This document shows, one piece after another, positions 9,409 to 18,859 of a stretch of DNA of 36,864 nt. The stretch covers positions 1 to 36,864 of the forward strand of contig CAMDVX010000003.1 in NCBI GenBank assembly GCA_945877865.1, written 5' to 3'. The position numbers and the translations under genes were made by a program. The notes under the pieces are model-generated. The model was not told the DNA's origin and ran no database searches. It saw nothing but the letters and a program-made list of their open reading frames with translations. This DNA comes from Bifidobacterium breve (lineage in GTDB: Bacteria > Actinomycetota > Thermoleophilia > Gaiellales > F1-60-MAGs149). Within the stretch, counting starts at the first letter, position 1, and the number at the start of each line of letters is the position of its first letter.

Positions 9409-10317
9409 ATGCGCGCCTTTACCCACGACCGCTGGACGTTTCCGCTCCAGCCAGGCAACCGCTTTCCGCAGGAGAAGTACCGGCTCGTGCGGGAGCGAGT
9501 CGAGCAGCTGGACGCCGTCGAGCTGCTCGAGGCCGCGCCGATCGCGTGGAGCGACGCCCTGCTCGTCCATGACGCAGAGTGGCTCCGTCGCATTCGCTAC
9601 GGGCTGCTGACGCGCCGCGAGGAGGCCGCGCTCGGGCTGCCGTGGTCGCCCGAGCTGGCTGAGCGCACGCTCCACGCGACGGGCTCGACGGTCGCCGCTG
9701 CGCGTGCTGCTCTCGCTGACGGCGCAGCCGCAGCGCTCGGTGGCGGCACGCACCACGCTCGGCGCAGCGTCGGACGCGGCTACTGCCTCGTCAACGACGT
9801 TGCCGTGGCGACGGCGCTGCTGCGGGCCGACGGCTATCGCGAGCGCATCCTCGTGCTCGACCTTGACGTGCACCAGGGCGACGGCAACGCCGACTGCTTC
9901 GCTGCCGACGCCAGCGTCGTCGTCGCCTCAATCCACGGCGCCCGCAACTACCCGTTCGAACGCATCCTCGGAGACCTCGACGTCGACGTCCCAGACCGTA
10001 CGGGCGACGCGGCCTACCTCGCTCTCGTGGAGGGCCTGCTCAGCGAGTGCGCCGCTCGCGGGCCATTCGGCCTCGTGTTCCTGCTCGCGGGGGCCGATCC
10101 CTGGGAGGGCGACCGGCTGGGGCGGCTGGCGCTCACCGAGGCCGGGCTCGTGGAGCGCGATCGCCGTGCCATCGCGTGGGTCCGCCAGCACGACGCGGCG
10201 CTCTGCGTCACCCTCGCGGGTGGCTACGGTGAGCCGATCGAAACGACGGCGGACATCCATGCCCGCACGATTGCCCTCGCCGCTACGCCGCCGGAACTGC
10301 TCCCCGCAGCTCGATGA
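9409..10317 (+). CDS. Histone deacetylase-family (Zn-dependent) deacylase
   Basis: GGTHHA, GYC, DLDVHQGDG, GADP..GD.LG and GGY motifs; likely start ATG 9409 (MRAFTHDRW). Confidence 0.92.
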   Translation: MRAFTHDRWTFPLQPGNRFPQEKYRLVRERVEQLDAVELLEAAPIAWSDALLVHDAEWLRRIRYGLLTRREEAALGLPWSPELAERTLHATGSTVAAARAALADGAAAALGGGTHHARRSVGRGYCLVNDVAVATALLRADGYRERILVLDLDVHQGDGNADCFAADASVVVASIHGARNYPFERILGDLDVDVPDRTGDAAYLALVEGLLSECAARGPFGLVFLLAGADPWEGDRLGRLALTEAGLVERDRRAIAWVRQHDAALCVTLAGGYGEPIETTADIHARTIALAATPPELLPAAR

Positions 10318-11230
10318 AGTCTGGCCCGGGCGTGAAGCCCAGCGAGCGGTTGATGCCACGCATCGCCTCGTTGCCAACCGCGTTCTCTGCGCTCATTCGC
10401 TCGGCACCACGCTCGATCGCCCACCCGATTGCGGCCCGCTTGAGCGCCTTCGCAATGCCACGACCCCGCCAGGCGCGCCGCGTGCCGGTTAGCGCATGCC
10501 CGACGACGCGGCCGCGCTGCTCGTTGAGCAGCCGGCAGAAGCCGACCACGTCATCGCCGGCGACCGCGAGCAGGTAGCCGTCGAGCGGCCCGTCCGGCGT
10601 ATCGACGTCACGCAGCCGCCACTCCTCGAAGCTGCCTGCCAGCACGGGCTCAGGGTCCGGCAGGTCGGCGAAGATCTCGACGGCTGCCGCGTAGGCGCTC
10701 TCCCGTAGGGCTGGCTCAGCCGCCAGCGACGACAGGCGCACGCCCGCGGGCAGCACCACCTCAGGTGCGACGACCCCAGCCAGCGGCAGCTCGACGCGCG
10801 CCATGCGGTCGTACTCAACGAAGCCGCGAGCGGTCAGAAACCGCACCCCTTCGGGACGATCGCCGCTGCACGGCACCTGCAGGCGCGACTTGCCGAGCTG
10901 CGGCGCCGTCGCCTGTGACCACGCGAGCAGCGCCGACCCGACCCCACGCCCGCGCACCGCTGCGCGCACGCCGAGCTCGCACCAGGCCGACGGATCGTCG
11001 ACCGGAAACACCCAGATGCGACCGACCGTCCCAAACCCGACGGCCTCGCCGTCGAGCCGCGCGATCACCCGCCGCTGCGTCGGATCGAGTGCGAACGTGG
11101 CCAGCATCTGCTCCACCGAACGCGACGACTCCGGCGTGATCTCCAGCATCAGCTCGCTGAAGGCACCCAGCAGCTCGACGTCAGCACCGACGACGACGAG
11201 CTCGAGCCCGCTCGGCGGCGCAGGCGTCAC
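10283..11230 (-). CDS. GNAT-family acetyltransferase with two GNAT domains
   Basis: Two acetyl-CoA-binding motifs (VRGRGVGSALL and WRGRGIAKALK) and a C-terminal N..MRGINRSLGF. Confidence 0.88.
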   Translation of the reverse strand: MTPAPPSGLELVVVGADVELLGAFSELMLEITPESSRSVEQMLATFALDPTQRRVIARLDGEAVGFGTVGRIWVFPVDDPSAWCELGVRAAVRGRGVGSALLAWSQATAPQLGKSRLQVPCSGDRPEGVRFLTARGFVEYDRMARVELPLAGVVAPEVVLPAGVRLSSLAAEPALRESAYAAAVEIFADLPDPEPVLAGSFEEWRLRDVDTPDGPLDGYLLAVAGDDVVGFCRLLNEQRGRVVGHALTGTRRAWRGRGIAKALKRAAIGWAIERGAERMSAENAVGNEAMRGINRSLGFTPGPDFIELRGAVPAA

Positions 11231-12000
11231 CGCCCGTGGAACTTGGGCTGCCGCTTCTCCGTGAAGGCCCGCAGGCCCTCCTTCGCATCCTCCGTGGAGA
11301 ACAGGATCGAGAAGAGGTCGGCCTCGACCATGTAGTTCGTCGCGAGATCACCGGCCAACGCCCGATTCGTCGACTCCTTCGCGTAGGCGATCGCGACGGG
11401 GCTCTTGGCGCTAATCTCGTGGGCCATCTTGAGCGCGCGCGGCATCAGCTCGTCGAGCGGCATCACGTGCTGCGCCAGACCGCGGGCTAACGCCTCGTCG
11501 GCCTTGACGCGACGACCCGTGAAGATCAGCTCCTTGGCAAAGCCCATCGACGTGGTGCGAGCCAGGCGCTGCGTGGCACCCCAGCCGGGCATGATGCCGA
11601 GGTCGACCTCAGGCTGCCCGAACACGGCGTTCTCCGAGCAGAGCCGGATGTCGCAGGCCAGCGCCATCTCCGAGCCGCCACCGAGCGCATAGCCGTTGAC
11701 GGCCGCGATCGTCGGTGCCCGCATGGTCTCGAGGTAGCGTGCGCACTCCTGCCCGAGGACCGCGTACGCGCGCGCCTCTAGCGGCGTCTTCGTTGCCATC
11801 TCCGCGATGTCCGCACCGGCGATAAACGCCTTGTCACCCGCGCCCGTCAGGATCAGACAGCCCACCGTGGTGTCTCCGGCGATTGCCGCCAGCTCGGAGC
11901 GGAGCTCCTCGAGCAGCGCCGACGACAGCGCGTTGAGCGCCTCCGGACGGTTGATGGTGAGAATGGCGACGCGCTCTTCTCGGCGGACCTCAATCGACAT
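11227..12000 (-). CDS. Enoyl-CoA hydratase/crotonase
   Basis: INRPEALNAL, AFIAGADI, NGYALGGGSE and FGQPEVDLGIMPGWGATQRL (both catalytic Glu present). Confidence 0.93.
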   Translation of the reverse strand: MSIEVRREERVAILTINRPEALNALSSALLEELRSELAAIAGDTTVGCLILTGAGDKAFIAGADIAEMATKTPLEARAYAVLGQECARYLETMRAPTIAAVNGYALGGGSEMALACDIRLCSENAVFGQPEVDLGIMPGWGATQRLARTTSMGFAKELIFTGRRVKADEALARGLAQHVMPLDELMPRALKMAHEISAKSPVAIAYAKESTNRALAGDLATNYMVEADLFSILFSTEDAKEGLRAFTEKRQPKFHGR

Positions 12001-12009
12001 GCGCTTCCC

Positions 12010-12411
12010 CTAGGCCTCGGTTGCGGCCAGTGTGGCCAGAAACTCGACGATCGCGCCCGTTGGCGACCCGGGCGTAAACACCTCTGCGACGCCGAGGCGC
12101 TTCAGCTCCTCCGCATCGTCCGGCGGGATCGTCCCGCCCACGACCACGCAGACGTCATCGACGCCACGCTCCCTCATCAGATCGAGGATGCGCGGCACGA
12201 GCGTCATGTGGGCACCCGACAGCACGGACACGCCGAGCGCATCCGCGTCCTCCTCAAGAATCGTCTCGACGATCTGCTCCGGCGTCTGATGCAGGCCCGT
12301 GTAGACGACCTCCATGCCAGCGTCGCGGAGGGCACGGGCGATGACCTTCGCGCCACGATCGTGACCGTCGAGGCCCGGCTTGGCAATGACAACTCGAAGA
12401 TGGCGTTCCAT
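12010..12411 (-). CDS. Cobalamin-binding small subunit of an acyl-CoA (methylmalonyl-/isobutyryl-CoA) mutase
   Basis: [14 protein letters not shown] (DxHxxG), SVLSGAH and VVVGGTIP. Confidence 0.93.
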   Translation of the reverse strand: MERHLRVVIAKPGLDGHDRGAKVIARALRDAGMEVVYTGLHQTPEQIVETILEEDADALGVSVLSGAHMTLVPRILDLMRERGVDDVCVVVGGTIPPDDAEELKRLGVAEVFTPGSPTGAIVEFLATLAATEA

Positions 12412-12466
12412 GACCGTGCAGTGTAGACGGCTACCGGGTTCGTGCTGCGCGCGTTAGCATACGGGC

Positions 12467-13021
12467 ATGGTTTCCTCGCTCCCGCGTCCCGCTCTGCTCC
12501 TCTGCCTGCTGCTCGCCGCGATCGGTACCGCCGCCTGCGGTGGTGGCGAGGATGCTCCGAAGTTCAATGACGCAGGTGCGCCGTTCGCGTTCTCGTACCC
12601 GGCCGACCTGCAGAAGGTCTTCGCGGATACCGGCCGGGAGATCAAGGGGCTCGAGCCGACGTTCCGCGTGGCCTACGGCACCGACGAGACGAACGTCGTG
12701 GTCGTTGCGACCTACGCGCTGCAGAAGGACGTCGCCAAGGTCAAGAAGACCGACCTCGCCGTCGCCGTTGAGCGGGCCGCCCGAGCCCTCGCCCGCGCGA
12801 TGAAGGCGGATGCGCCCAAGCGCAGCAAGGCCGAGCTGGGCCCGCTGCCTGCGACGCAGTACGACTTCGCCACGAACAGCGGCTCGCTAACGACGCGCCT
12901 GCTCTACGCCTTTCAGGGCAAGACGCAGTACTTCGTTCGCTGCCAGTGGGACGACTCGGGTGCCAAGGCGATCACTGCCGCCTGCGACGAGGTCGCCCAG
13001 AGCTTCTCCCTAGCGAAGTAG
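12467..13021 (+). CDS. Lipoprotein of unknown function
   Basis: Hydrophobic signal ending in a lipobox-like TAA-C followed by GGG; coherent codon usage. Confidence 0.8.
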   Translation: MVSSLPRPALLLCLLLAAIGTAACGGGEDAPKFNDAGAPFAFSYPADLQKVFADTGREIKGLEPTFRVAYGTDETNVVVVATYALQKDVAKVKKTDLAVAVERAARALARAMKADAPKRSKAELGPLPATQYDFATNSGSLTTRLLYAFQGKTQYFVRCQWDDSGAKAITAACDEVAQSFSLAK

Positions 13022-13046
13022 GGGCGCCCGCCGGCGACGCGCCACC

Positions 13047-13649
13047 CTAGCTGCGGCTGGCACCCGGACGCCACATTGCCTCGCCGCCCTCACCGTTGCC
13101 GGCGCGCGCCAGCACGAACAGCAGGTCGGACAGGCGGTTGAGGTACGTGATCACCTCGCGGGTGACGGGCTCCTGCGCAGCGAGCTCGACGGCGTCGCGC
13201 TCGGCACGGCGGCAGATCGTGCGGGCCACGTGGAGGTAGGCGGCCAGCGGCGTGCCGCCTGGCACCACGAACGACGTCAGCGGCGGCAGCGACGCATTGA
13301 CCGTGTCGATGCAGTCCTCGAGCCACGCGACCTGCTCCACGCTGACGCGCAGCCGCGAGCGGTTGCGCTGGTCGTCCTCGGGGGGTGGCGGCACGCAGAG
13401 GTCTGCCCCAACGTCGAAGAGGTCGTTCTGGATGCGCTCTAGCCACGCCGCATGCGCCGTGCCAGCGGCATGCAGGCGGGCGACGCCGAGCGCCGCGTTG
13501 AGCTCGTCGACCGTGCCGTAGGCCGCGACGCGCGGATTGTGCTTCGACACTCGGTGCCCGTCACCGAGGCTCGTCTCACCGAGATCGCCGCCACGGGTGT
13601 AGATGCGATCGAGGCGGACGACGACGTCATCGTTCGGCGCATCGCTCAT
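13047..13649 (-). CDS. pduO: PduO-type ATP:cob(I)alamin adenosyltransferase
   Basis: RIYTRGGDLGETSL, AYGTVDELN, LHVARTICRRAER and YLNRLSDLLF; likely start ATG 13649. Confidence 0.93.
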   Translation of the reverse strand: MSDAPNDDVVVRLDRIYTRGGDLGETSLGDGHRVSKHNPRVAAYGTVDELNAALGVARLHAAGTAHAAWLERIQNDLFDVGADLCVPPPPEDDQRNRSRLRVSVEQVAWLEDCIDTVNASLPPLTSFVVPGGTPLAAYLHVARTICRRAERDAVELAAQEPVTREVITYLNRLSDLLFVLARAGNGEGGEAMWRPGASRS

Positions 13650-13686
13650 GCGCGTGCCCCTGCAGCAGCGGTGCGCTCGGAGCAGC

Positions 13687-14868
13687 TCATGCCGGCAGGA
13701 CCTCCAGCACCATCGCGTCGCCCTGCCCGCCGCCCGAGCAGATCGTCGCCACGCCGATGCCGCCGCCCGCGCGGCCAAGCTGGTGCACGAGCGTGCCGAT
13801 CAGCCGCGCACCGCTCGCCCCAACCGGGTGACCGAGCGCGACCGCGCCGCCGAGGCAGTTGACGCGGTCCACGTCGATGCCCAGCGTCTTGACGGTATTG
13901 AGCGCGATCGAAGCAAACGCCTCGTTGACCTCGAGGCGATCAACGTCGCTGATGCCCAGCCCGGCCTTGGCCAGCGCCAGTTCGACCGCGACCGCTGGCG
14001 CGCAGGCGAGCCGGCGGGTGATGTCGGCGGCAACCGCCGAGGAGCGGACGATTGCCAGCGGCTGCAGCCCTCGCTGCGCAGCCACCTCCTCGGAGACGGC
14101 GACGACCATCGCGGCACCGTCGGTGACGCCCGGGCTGTTGCCTGCGGTGTGCGTGCCTCCGTCGGTCAGCGGGCCGAGCTTCGCCAGCGACTCCAGCGTC
14201 GACTCGGCACGCGGGCCTTGATCCTGCTCGACCACGCGCTCGGACCGACGCTCGCGGATCGTGACGGGCGTGATCTCCGCGGCAAACGAGCCGTCGCCCT
14301 GCGCCGCTACGGCGCGCTCGTGCGAGCGCAGCGCCCACGCGTCGAGCTCCTCGCGCGTCAGCCCAAGCTCTTCCGAGACCTCGTTGGCCTGGTCGTACAT
14401 GACGCGCTCCGTCCACGGATCGCGCAGGCCATCGTGCAGCACCGCGTCGACCAGCGCCGCGTCGCCAAAGCGCAGGCCCTGACGCGCGCCGAGCGCCATG
14501 TACGGGGCGCTCGTCATGGACTCCATGCCGCCCGCCAGCACGACGGCTGCCTCGTCGAGGCGAATCAGATAGTCCGCCAGCGCGATCGCCCGCATGCCCG
14601 ACGCGCAGACCTTGTTGATCGTCTCCGACCCGCTCTCGACGGGAATGCCAACGCGCGTCGTGACCTGCCGCGCCATCGCGTGCATCTGGCCTGCCTGCAC
14701 CACGGTGCCGATGAACGAGTAGTCGATGTCCGCACCCGCGAGGCCGGAGCGCTCAATCGCGGCGGCGGCGGCAGCAGCACCGAGGTCGACGGCCGAGGCG
14801 CCGGACAGATCGCCGCCGAGGCGGCAGAAGGGAGTGCGTGCGGCACTGACGATCACGGTGCGGGTCAA
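13687..14868 (-). CDS. Acetyl-CoA C-acyltransferase (thiolase)
   Basis: INKVCASGM, NEAFA, GGAVALGHPVGASG and ATICSGGGQG; likely TTG start at 14868 after GGAGG. Confidence 0.93.
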   Translation of the reverse strand: MTRTVIVSAARTPFCRLGGDLSGASAVDLGAAAAAAAIERSGLAGADIDYSFIGTVVQAGQMHAMARQVTTRVGIPVESGSETINKVCASGMRAIALADYLIRLDEAAVVLAGGMESMTSAPYMALGARQGLRFGDAALVDAVLHDGLRDPWTERVMYDQANEVSEELGLTREELDAWALRSHERAVAAQGDGSFAAEITPVTIRERRSERVVEQDQGPRAESTLESLAKLGPLTDGGTHTAGNSPGVTDGAAMVVAVSEEVAAQRGLQPLAIVRSSAVAADITRRLACAPAVAVELALAKAGLGISDVDRLEVNEAFASIALNTVKTLGIDVDRVNCLGGAVALGHPVGASGARLIGTLVHQLGRAGGGIGVATICSGGGQGDAMVLEVLPA

Positions 14869-14947
14869 GGCGCTGAAAGCCTCCGAAGACGTCGCCGTCG
14901 CAGGCTGCGACAACGACGGGAGGCTACCACGGAGATCAGCCAGTCGA

Positions 14948-14976
14948 TTGACAGATCCGCTCGCTCTTGACACGCT
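14948..14976 (+). promoter_or_regulatory. Sigma70-type promoter of the trp leader
   Basis: TTGACA (14948-14953), 17 nt, CACGCT (14971-14976), then 6 nt to the leader ATG. Confidence 0.7.
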
Positions 14977-14982
14977 GCACCT

Positions 14983-15045
14983 ATGCAGCGATTCCGCAAC
15001 GAGGCGTGGTGGTGGTGCCAGCTCGGGCGGGATCCCGTGCGCTGA
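14983..15045 (+). CDS. trpL: trp operon leader peptide MQRFRNEAWWWCQLGRDPVR
   Basis: 20-codon ORF with three tandem TGG codons (15007-15015), directly upstream of a terminator and trpE. Confidence 0.9.
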   Translation: MQRFRNEAWWWCQLGRDPVR

Positions 15046-15098
15046 CGCGCACAGCCGATCCGAACCGCCCGGGCTTCCCACAAGGGGAGCCTTTTTTT
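15021..15098 (+). terminator. trp attenuator (antiterminator plus intrinsic terminator)
   Basis: Terminator GGCTTCCC-ACAA-GGGGAGCC-T7 (15072-15098). GCTCGGGCGG (15021-15030) can pair with CCGCCCGGGC (15065-15074), which overlaps the terminator 5' arm. Confidence 0.88.
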
Positions 15099-15118
15099 AT
15101 GCCTCCGAAACGAACCAG

Positions 15119-16519
15119 ATGAACCCGACCCAGCCCAGACCGAAGCCCCTCTCCCGCCTCCGCCCCAGCGTGCGCGAGCTGCCGGCCGACCTGCTGACTC
15201 CGGTCGGGGCCTACCTGCGGCTGCGCTCGCTCGGCCCTGGCTTCCTGCTGGAGAGCGTCGAGGGCGGGCTGCAGGTCGGCCGCTACTCGTTTCTGGCAGC
15301 GGGCTGCGAGCGGCTCGACCTTGACCTCCAGGAGGCGGACGCCTTCGGTCCGCTGCGAGCGCGCCTCGCGGAGCACGCGGACCTCGACCTGTCGGGGCTG
15401 CCACCGTTCGCTGGTGGCGCCGTTGGCGTCGTCGGGTACGACGCAATCCCACGCTTCGAGTCGACGGTGCCGCTGCCTGCCGCCGAGCCGGGCGACCTTG
15501 CGCAGCCCGCCAGCTTTCTGCTGGCACCCGTCGTCGTGGCCTTCGACCACGTGCGCGCCACCGTCCAGGTGATCGCGCAGCCAGGCCACGAGGGGCTCGC
15601 CGACGACATCACAGCGCGCCTGCTCGGCCCCTTGCCCGATGGCGTGCAGCCCGTGCCCGCCCTCGTCGACGCCGGTACGTCCGTCGCGGACCTCGAGATC
15701 GACGAGTACATCGAGCGCGTCGAGCTCGGCAAGCAGCACATCACCGCGGGCGACGTCTTTCAGGTCGTGCTGTCGCAGCGCCACCGCCGCCGCACGCCGC
15801 GCAGCCCCGTGGCGATCTACCGTGCCCTGCGCGCCGTCAACCCCTCGCCCTACCTGTTCCTGCTCGACCTCGGCGACTTCGCCTTGATCGGCGCCTCGCC
15901 CGAGACCCACGTTGCGCTGTCGCGCGACGGCGAGGCCGAGCTGCGGCCGATCGCTGGCACGCGGCCCCGTGGTGCGGATGCCGCTGAGGACGATCGTCTC
16001 GCCGAGGAGCTGCTGGCCGATCCGAAGGAGCGGGCCGAGCACCAGATGCTCGTCGACCTCGCCCGCAACGACCTCTCTCGCGTCTGCGATCCGGGCACCG
16101 TCCGGCCCACCCGCCTGCTGGAGATCGAGCGCTACAGCCACGTCATGCACATCGTCTCGCGCGTCGTCGGCCGCCTCTCTGCCGACGAGGACGCCTTCAG
16201 CCTGCTGGCCGCGACCTTCCCCGCTGGCACCGTCTCCGGGGCTCCGAAGGTGCGCGCCATGCAGATCATCAGCGCGCTCGAGCCGCACCGCCGCGGCGCG
16301 TACGCCGGCGCAGTCGGCTACCTCGGTACGGACGGCGCGCTCGACACGTGCATTGCGCTGCGCACGATCCAGCTGCGCGATGGCGTCGCGACCCTGCAGG
16401 CAGGCGCCGGCATCGTCGCCGACAGCGACCCGGCCGAGGAGCACCGTGAGTGCCTCCGCAAGATCGCTGCTCTGCAGCGCGCCGTCGACCTCGCCGATGC
16501 CGGAGCGTACGGGCGATGA
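15119..16519 (+). CDS. trpE: Anthranilate synthase component I
   Basis: LLES, GRYSF, NPSPY, RPIAGTRPRG, EHQMLVDLARND and GTVSGAPK; start ATG 15119. Confidence 0.95.
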   Translation: MNPTQPRPKPLSRLRPSVRELPADLLTPVGAYLRLRSLGPGFLLESVEGGLQVGRYSFLAAGCERLDLDLQEADAFGPLRARLAEHADLDLSGLPPFAGGAVGVVGYDAIPRFESTVPLPAAEPGDLAQPASFLLAPVVVAFDHVRATVQVIAQPGHEGLADDITARLLGPLPDGVQPVPALVDAGTSVADLEIDEYIERVELGKQHITAGDVFQVVLSQRHRRRTPRSPVAIYRALRAVNPSPYLFLLDLGDFALIGASPETHVALSRDGEAELRPIAGTRPRGADAAEDDRLAEELLADPKERAEHQMLVDLARNDLSRVCDPGTVRPTRLLEIERYSHVMHIVSRVVGRLSADEDAFSLLAATFPAGTVSGAPKVRAMQIISALEPHRRGAYAGAVGYLGTDGALDTCIALRTIQLRDGVATLQAGAGIVADSDPAEEHRECLRKIAALQRAVDLADAGAYGR

Positions 16520-17100
16520 GCCGCGTGCTGCTGATCGACAACTTCGATTCGTTCACGTACAACCTCGCGCACGGCTTCGCCGAGGCGGGCGCGGACGAGG
16601 TGATCGTGCGCCGCAACGACGCGATCAGCGTGGACGAGGCGCTCGCGCTGGCCCCCTCGCACCTCGTCATCTCGCCCGGCCCCGGCACCCCCGACCAGAC
16701 CGGGGTGTCCGCCGACCTGATCCGAGCGTTCGACGGCCAGCTCCCGATCCTCGGCGTCTGCCTTGGCCACCAGCTGCTCGTCGAGCTCCACGGCGGCACG
16801 GTCGGCGCAGCCGTCCAGCTCGTCCACGGCAAGGCCGACGACATCACTCGCGTGGCACCTGATGCGCTGCTCGACCTCCTCGCTGAGCGCTTTCGCGCTG
16901 GCCGCTATCACTCGCTGGCAGCCCACGAGCCGATCCCCACGACGCTCATCGTGACGGCGCGTGCCGACGACGGGACGGTGATGGCGGTGCGCACCCCCGA
17001 CCGACCGACGCATGGCGTGCAGTTCCACCCGGAGAGCATCCTCACGCCCGACGGCCCCGTGCTGATGGCCGCATTCCTCGCGCTCGGAGCCGTCGCGTGA
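16516..17100 (+). CDS. trpG: Anthranilate synthase component II (glutamine amidotransferase)
   Basis: IDNFDSFTYNL, SPGPG, GVCLGHQ, RYHSL and QFHPES; ATGA overlap with trpE. Confidence 0.95.
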   Translation: MSRVLLIDNFDSFTYNLAHGFAEAGADEVIVRRNDAISVDEALALAPSHLVISPGPGTPDQTGVSADLIRAFDGQLPILGVCLGHQLLVELHGGTVGAAVQLVHGKADDITRVAPDALLDLLAERFRAGRYHSLAAHEPIPTTLIVTARADDGTVMAVRTPDRPTHGVQFHPESILTPDGPVLMAAFLALGAVA

Positions 17101-18137
17101 GCGCGGCGGCGCTGCTCGAGGCGCTCCCGCGGCTGCTGGCTGGCGAGGACCTCACGCCTGCCGAGGCGCGCGCGGCGCTCGACGTGGTCATGCGTGGCGA
17201 CGCGACGCCCGCTCAGATCGCCGCGCTCCTCGTTGCGCTGCGTGCCAAGGGCGAGACGCCGGCGGAGATCGCCGGGTGCGCCGGGGCGCTGCGCGACCAC
17301 GCCGTCGCGGTCCGGCCGCTGCGCACCGACCTCGTCGACACGTGCGGCACGGGTGGCGATCGCACCGGGTCGTTCAACATCTCGACGGCCGCCGCTCTCG
17401 TGGCCGCCGGCGCGGGGGCAGGGGTGGCGAAGCACGGCAACCGCTCGGTCTCGTCCAAGTCGGGCAGCGCCGATGTGCTCGAGGAGCTCGGCGTCCCCGT
17501 CGAGGTGCCGCACGCTGCCGTGGCGGCGATGATCGATGCGCACGGCTTTGGCTTCCTCTTCGCACCGAGCCACCACCCGGCGATGCGGTTTGCGGGGCCC
17601 GTCCGTCGCGAGCTCGGCATCCCGACGATCATGAACCTGCTCGGCCCGCTCGCGAACCCCGTCGGCGCACGCTTCCAGGTCGTCGGCGTCCCCCGCCCCG
17701 ACCTCGTCGCCACGCTGTCTGAGGTGCTCCAGCTGCTCGGCACCGAGCGGGCGCTCGTCGTCCATGGCGAAGGCGGGTTCGACGAGATCACCCCGGGCGG
17801 CACGACGACGATTGCCGAGGTGACGCCCGCCGGCATCACCGTGACGACCTTCGACCCCGCCGCGATCGGCATCCCGCGGAGCCCGGCCGCTGCTCTGGCT
17901 GGCGCCGGACCCACCGAGAACGCCGCGATCATCCGCCGCGTCTTCGCCGGTGAGGCGGGTCCGCCACGCGACGCCGTGGTGCTCAATGCCGCAGCGGCGC
18001 TCGTAGCCTGCGGCATCGCCGACACTCTGGAGGCCGGCGCGGCCTTGGCGTGCGCGGCCATCGATAGCGGGCAGGCCGCGGCGGTGCTGGAAGCGGTTGG
18101 AGCGGCGGCCCGGGCGGCCGCGAAAGGAGGCACGTGA
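17097..18137 (+). CDS. trpD: Anthranilate phosphoribosyltransferase
   Basis: DTCGTGGD, FNIST and KHGNRSVSSKSGSADVLE. Confidence 0.96.
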   Translation: MSAAALLEALPRLLAGEDLTPAEARAALDVVMRGDATPAQIAALLVALRAKGETPAEIAGCAGALRDHAVAVRPLRTDLVDTCGTGGDRTGSFNISTAAALVAAGAGAGVAKHGNRSVSSKSGSADVLEELGVPVEVPHAAVAAMIDAHGFGFLFAPSHHPAMRFAGPVRRELGIPTIMNLLGPLANPVGARFQVVGVPRPDLVATLSEVLQLLGTERALVVHGEGGFDEITPGGTTTIAEVTPAGITVTTFDPAAIGIPRSPAAALAGAGPTENAAIIRRVFAGEAGPPRDAVVLNAAAALVACGIADTLEAGAALACAAIDSGQAAAVLEAVGAAARAAAKGGT

Positions 18138-18859
18138 TGGGGTACCTGCAGGAGATCGGCGCCTGGACGCACAACGAGGTCGCGCGGCGGCGGGAGACGC
18201 GGCCATTTGCCGGTGCTCTGCACGTCCCCGGCCAGACCCAGATTATCGCGGAGATCAAGCGCGCCTCGCCGAGCGAGGGACCAATCGCGCCGCTTGCCGA
18301 CGCGGCCGAGGTGGCCCGCCACTACGAGGCCGGTGGCGCCGCCGCGATCTCGGTCCTCACCAGCCCCAAGGACTTTGCCGGCTCGCTGCTCGATCTCGCC
18401 CGCGTGCGGGCCGTGACGAAGCTGCCGCTGCTGGCGAAGGACTTCTTCGTCGATCCGTACCAGGTCGTCGAGGCGCGCGCCCACGGGGCCGATGCGATCC
18501 TCGTGATCCTCGCGCTCGTCGACGACGCGCTTGCTCAGGACCTGATGCAGGCTGCGGAGGACCATCAGATGGACGTCCTCTGCGAGGTGCACGACGAGGC
18601 AGAGCTGGCTCGGGCGCTCGCGCTCGGCTGCCCGGTCATCGGCGTCAACGCGCGCAACCTCGCCACCCTCAAGATCGATCCGATCCTCCAGCGCAAGCTG
18701 CTCGCCGCCATCCCCACGGGCTTCGTCAGCGTCGCAGAGTCGGGCGTCACGAACCGGGCCGAGCTTGAGGCGGCCGCTAAGGCCGGCGCCTCCGCTGCCC
18801 TCGTTGGCACCGCGCTGATGCGCAATCCCTCGCTGCTCACGGAGCTGACCCGACCGTGA
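18137..18859 (+). CDS. trpC: Indole-3-glycerol phosphate synthase
   Basis: IIAEIKRASPSEG, ISVLT, KDF, EVHD, GVNARNL and VAESG. ATG 18137 is best spaced from AGGAGG; GTG 18134 is the alternative. Confidence 0.95.
   Translation: MGYLQEIGAWTHNEVARRRETRPFAGALHVPGQTQIIAEIKRASPSEGPIAPLADAAEVARHYEAGGAAAISVLTSPKDFAGSLLDLARVRAVTKLPLLAKDFFVDPYQVVEARAHGADAILVILALVDDALAQDLMQAAEDHQMDVLCEVHDEAELARALALGCPVIGVNARNLATLKIDPILQRKLLAAIPTGFVSVAESGVTNRAELEAAAKAGASAALVGTALMRNPSLLTELTRP

Noticed and set aside
8574-9593. 339-aa ORF as an intact aquaporin
   Set aside because: MIP similarity covers only about 80 codons; the remainder overlaps real genes on the other strand.
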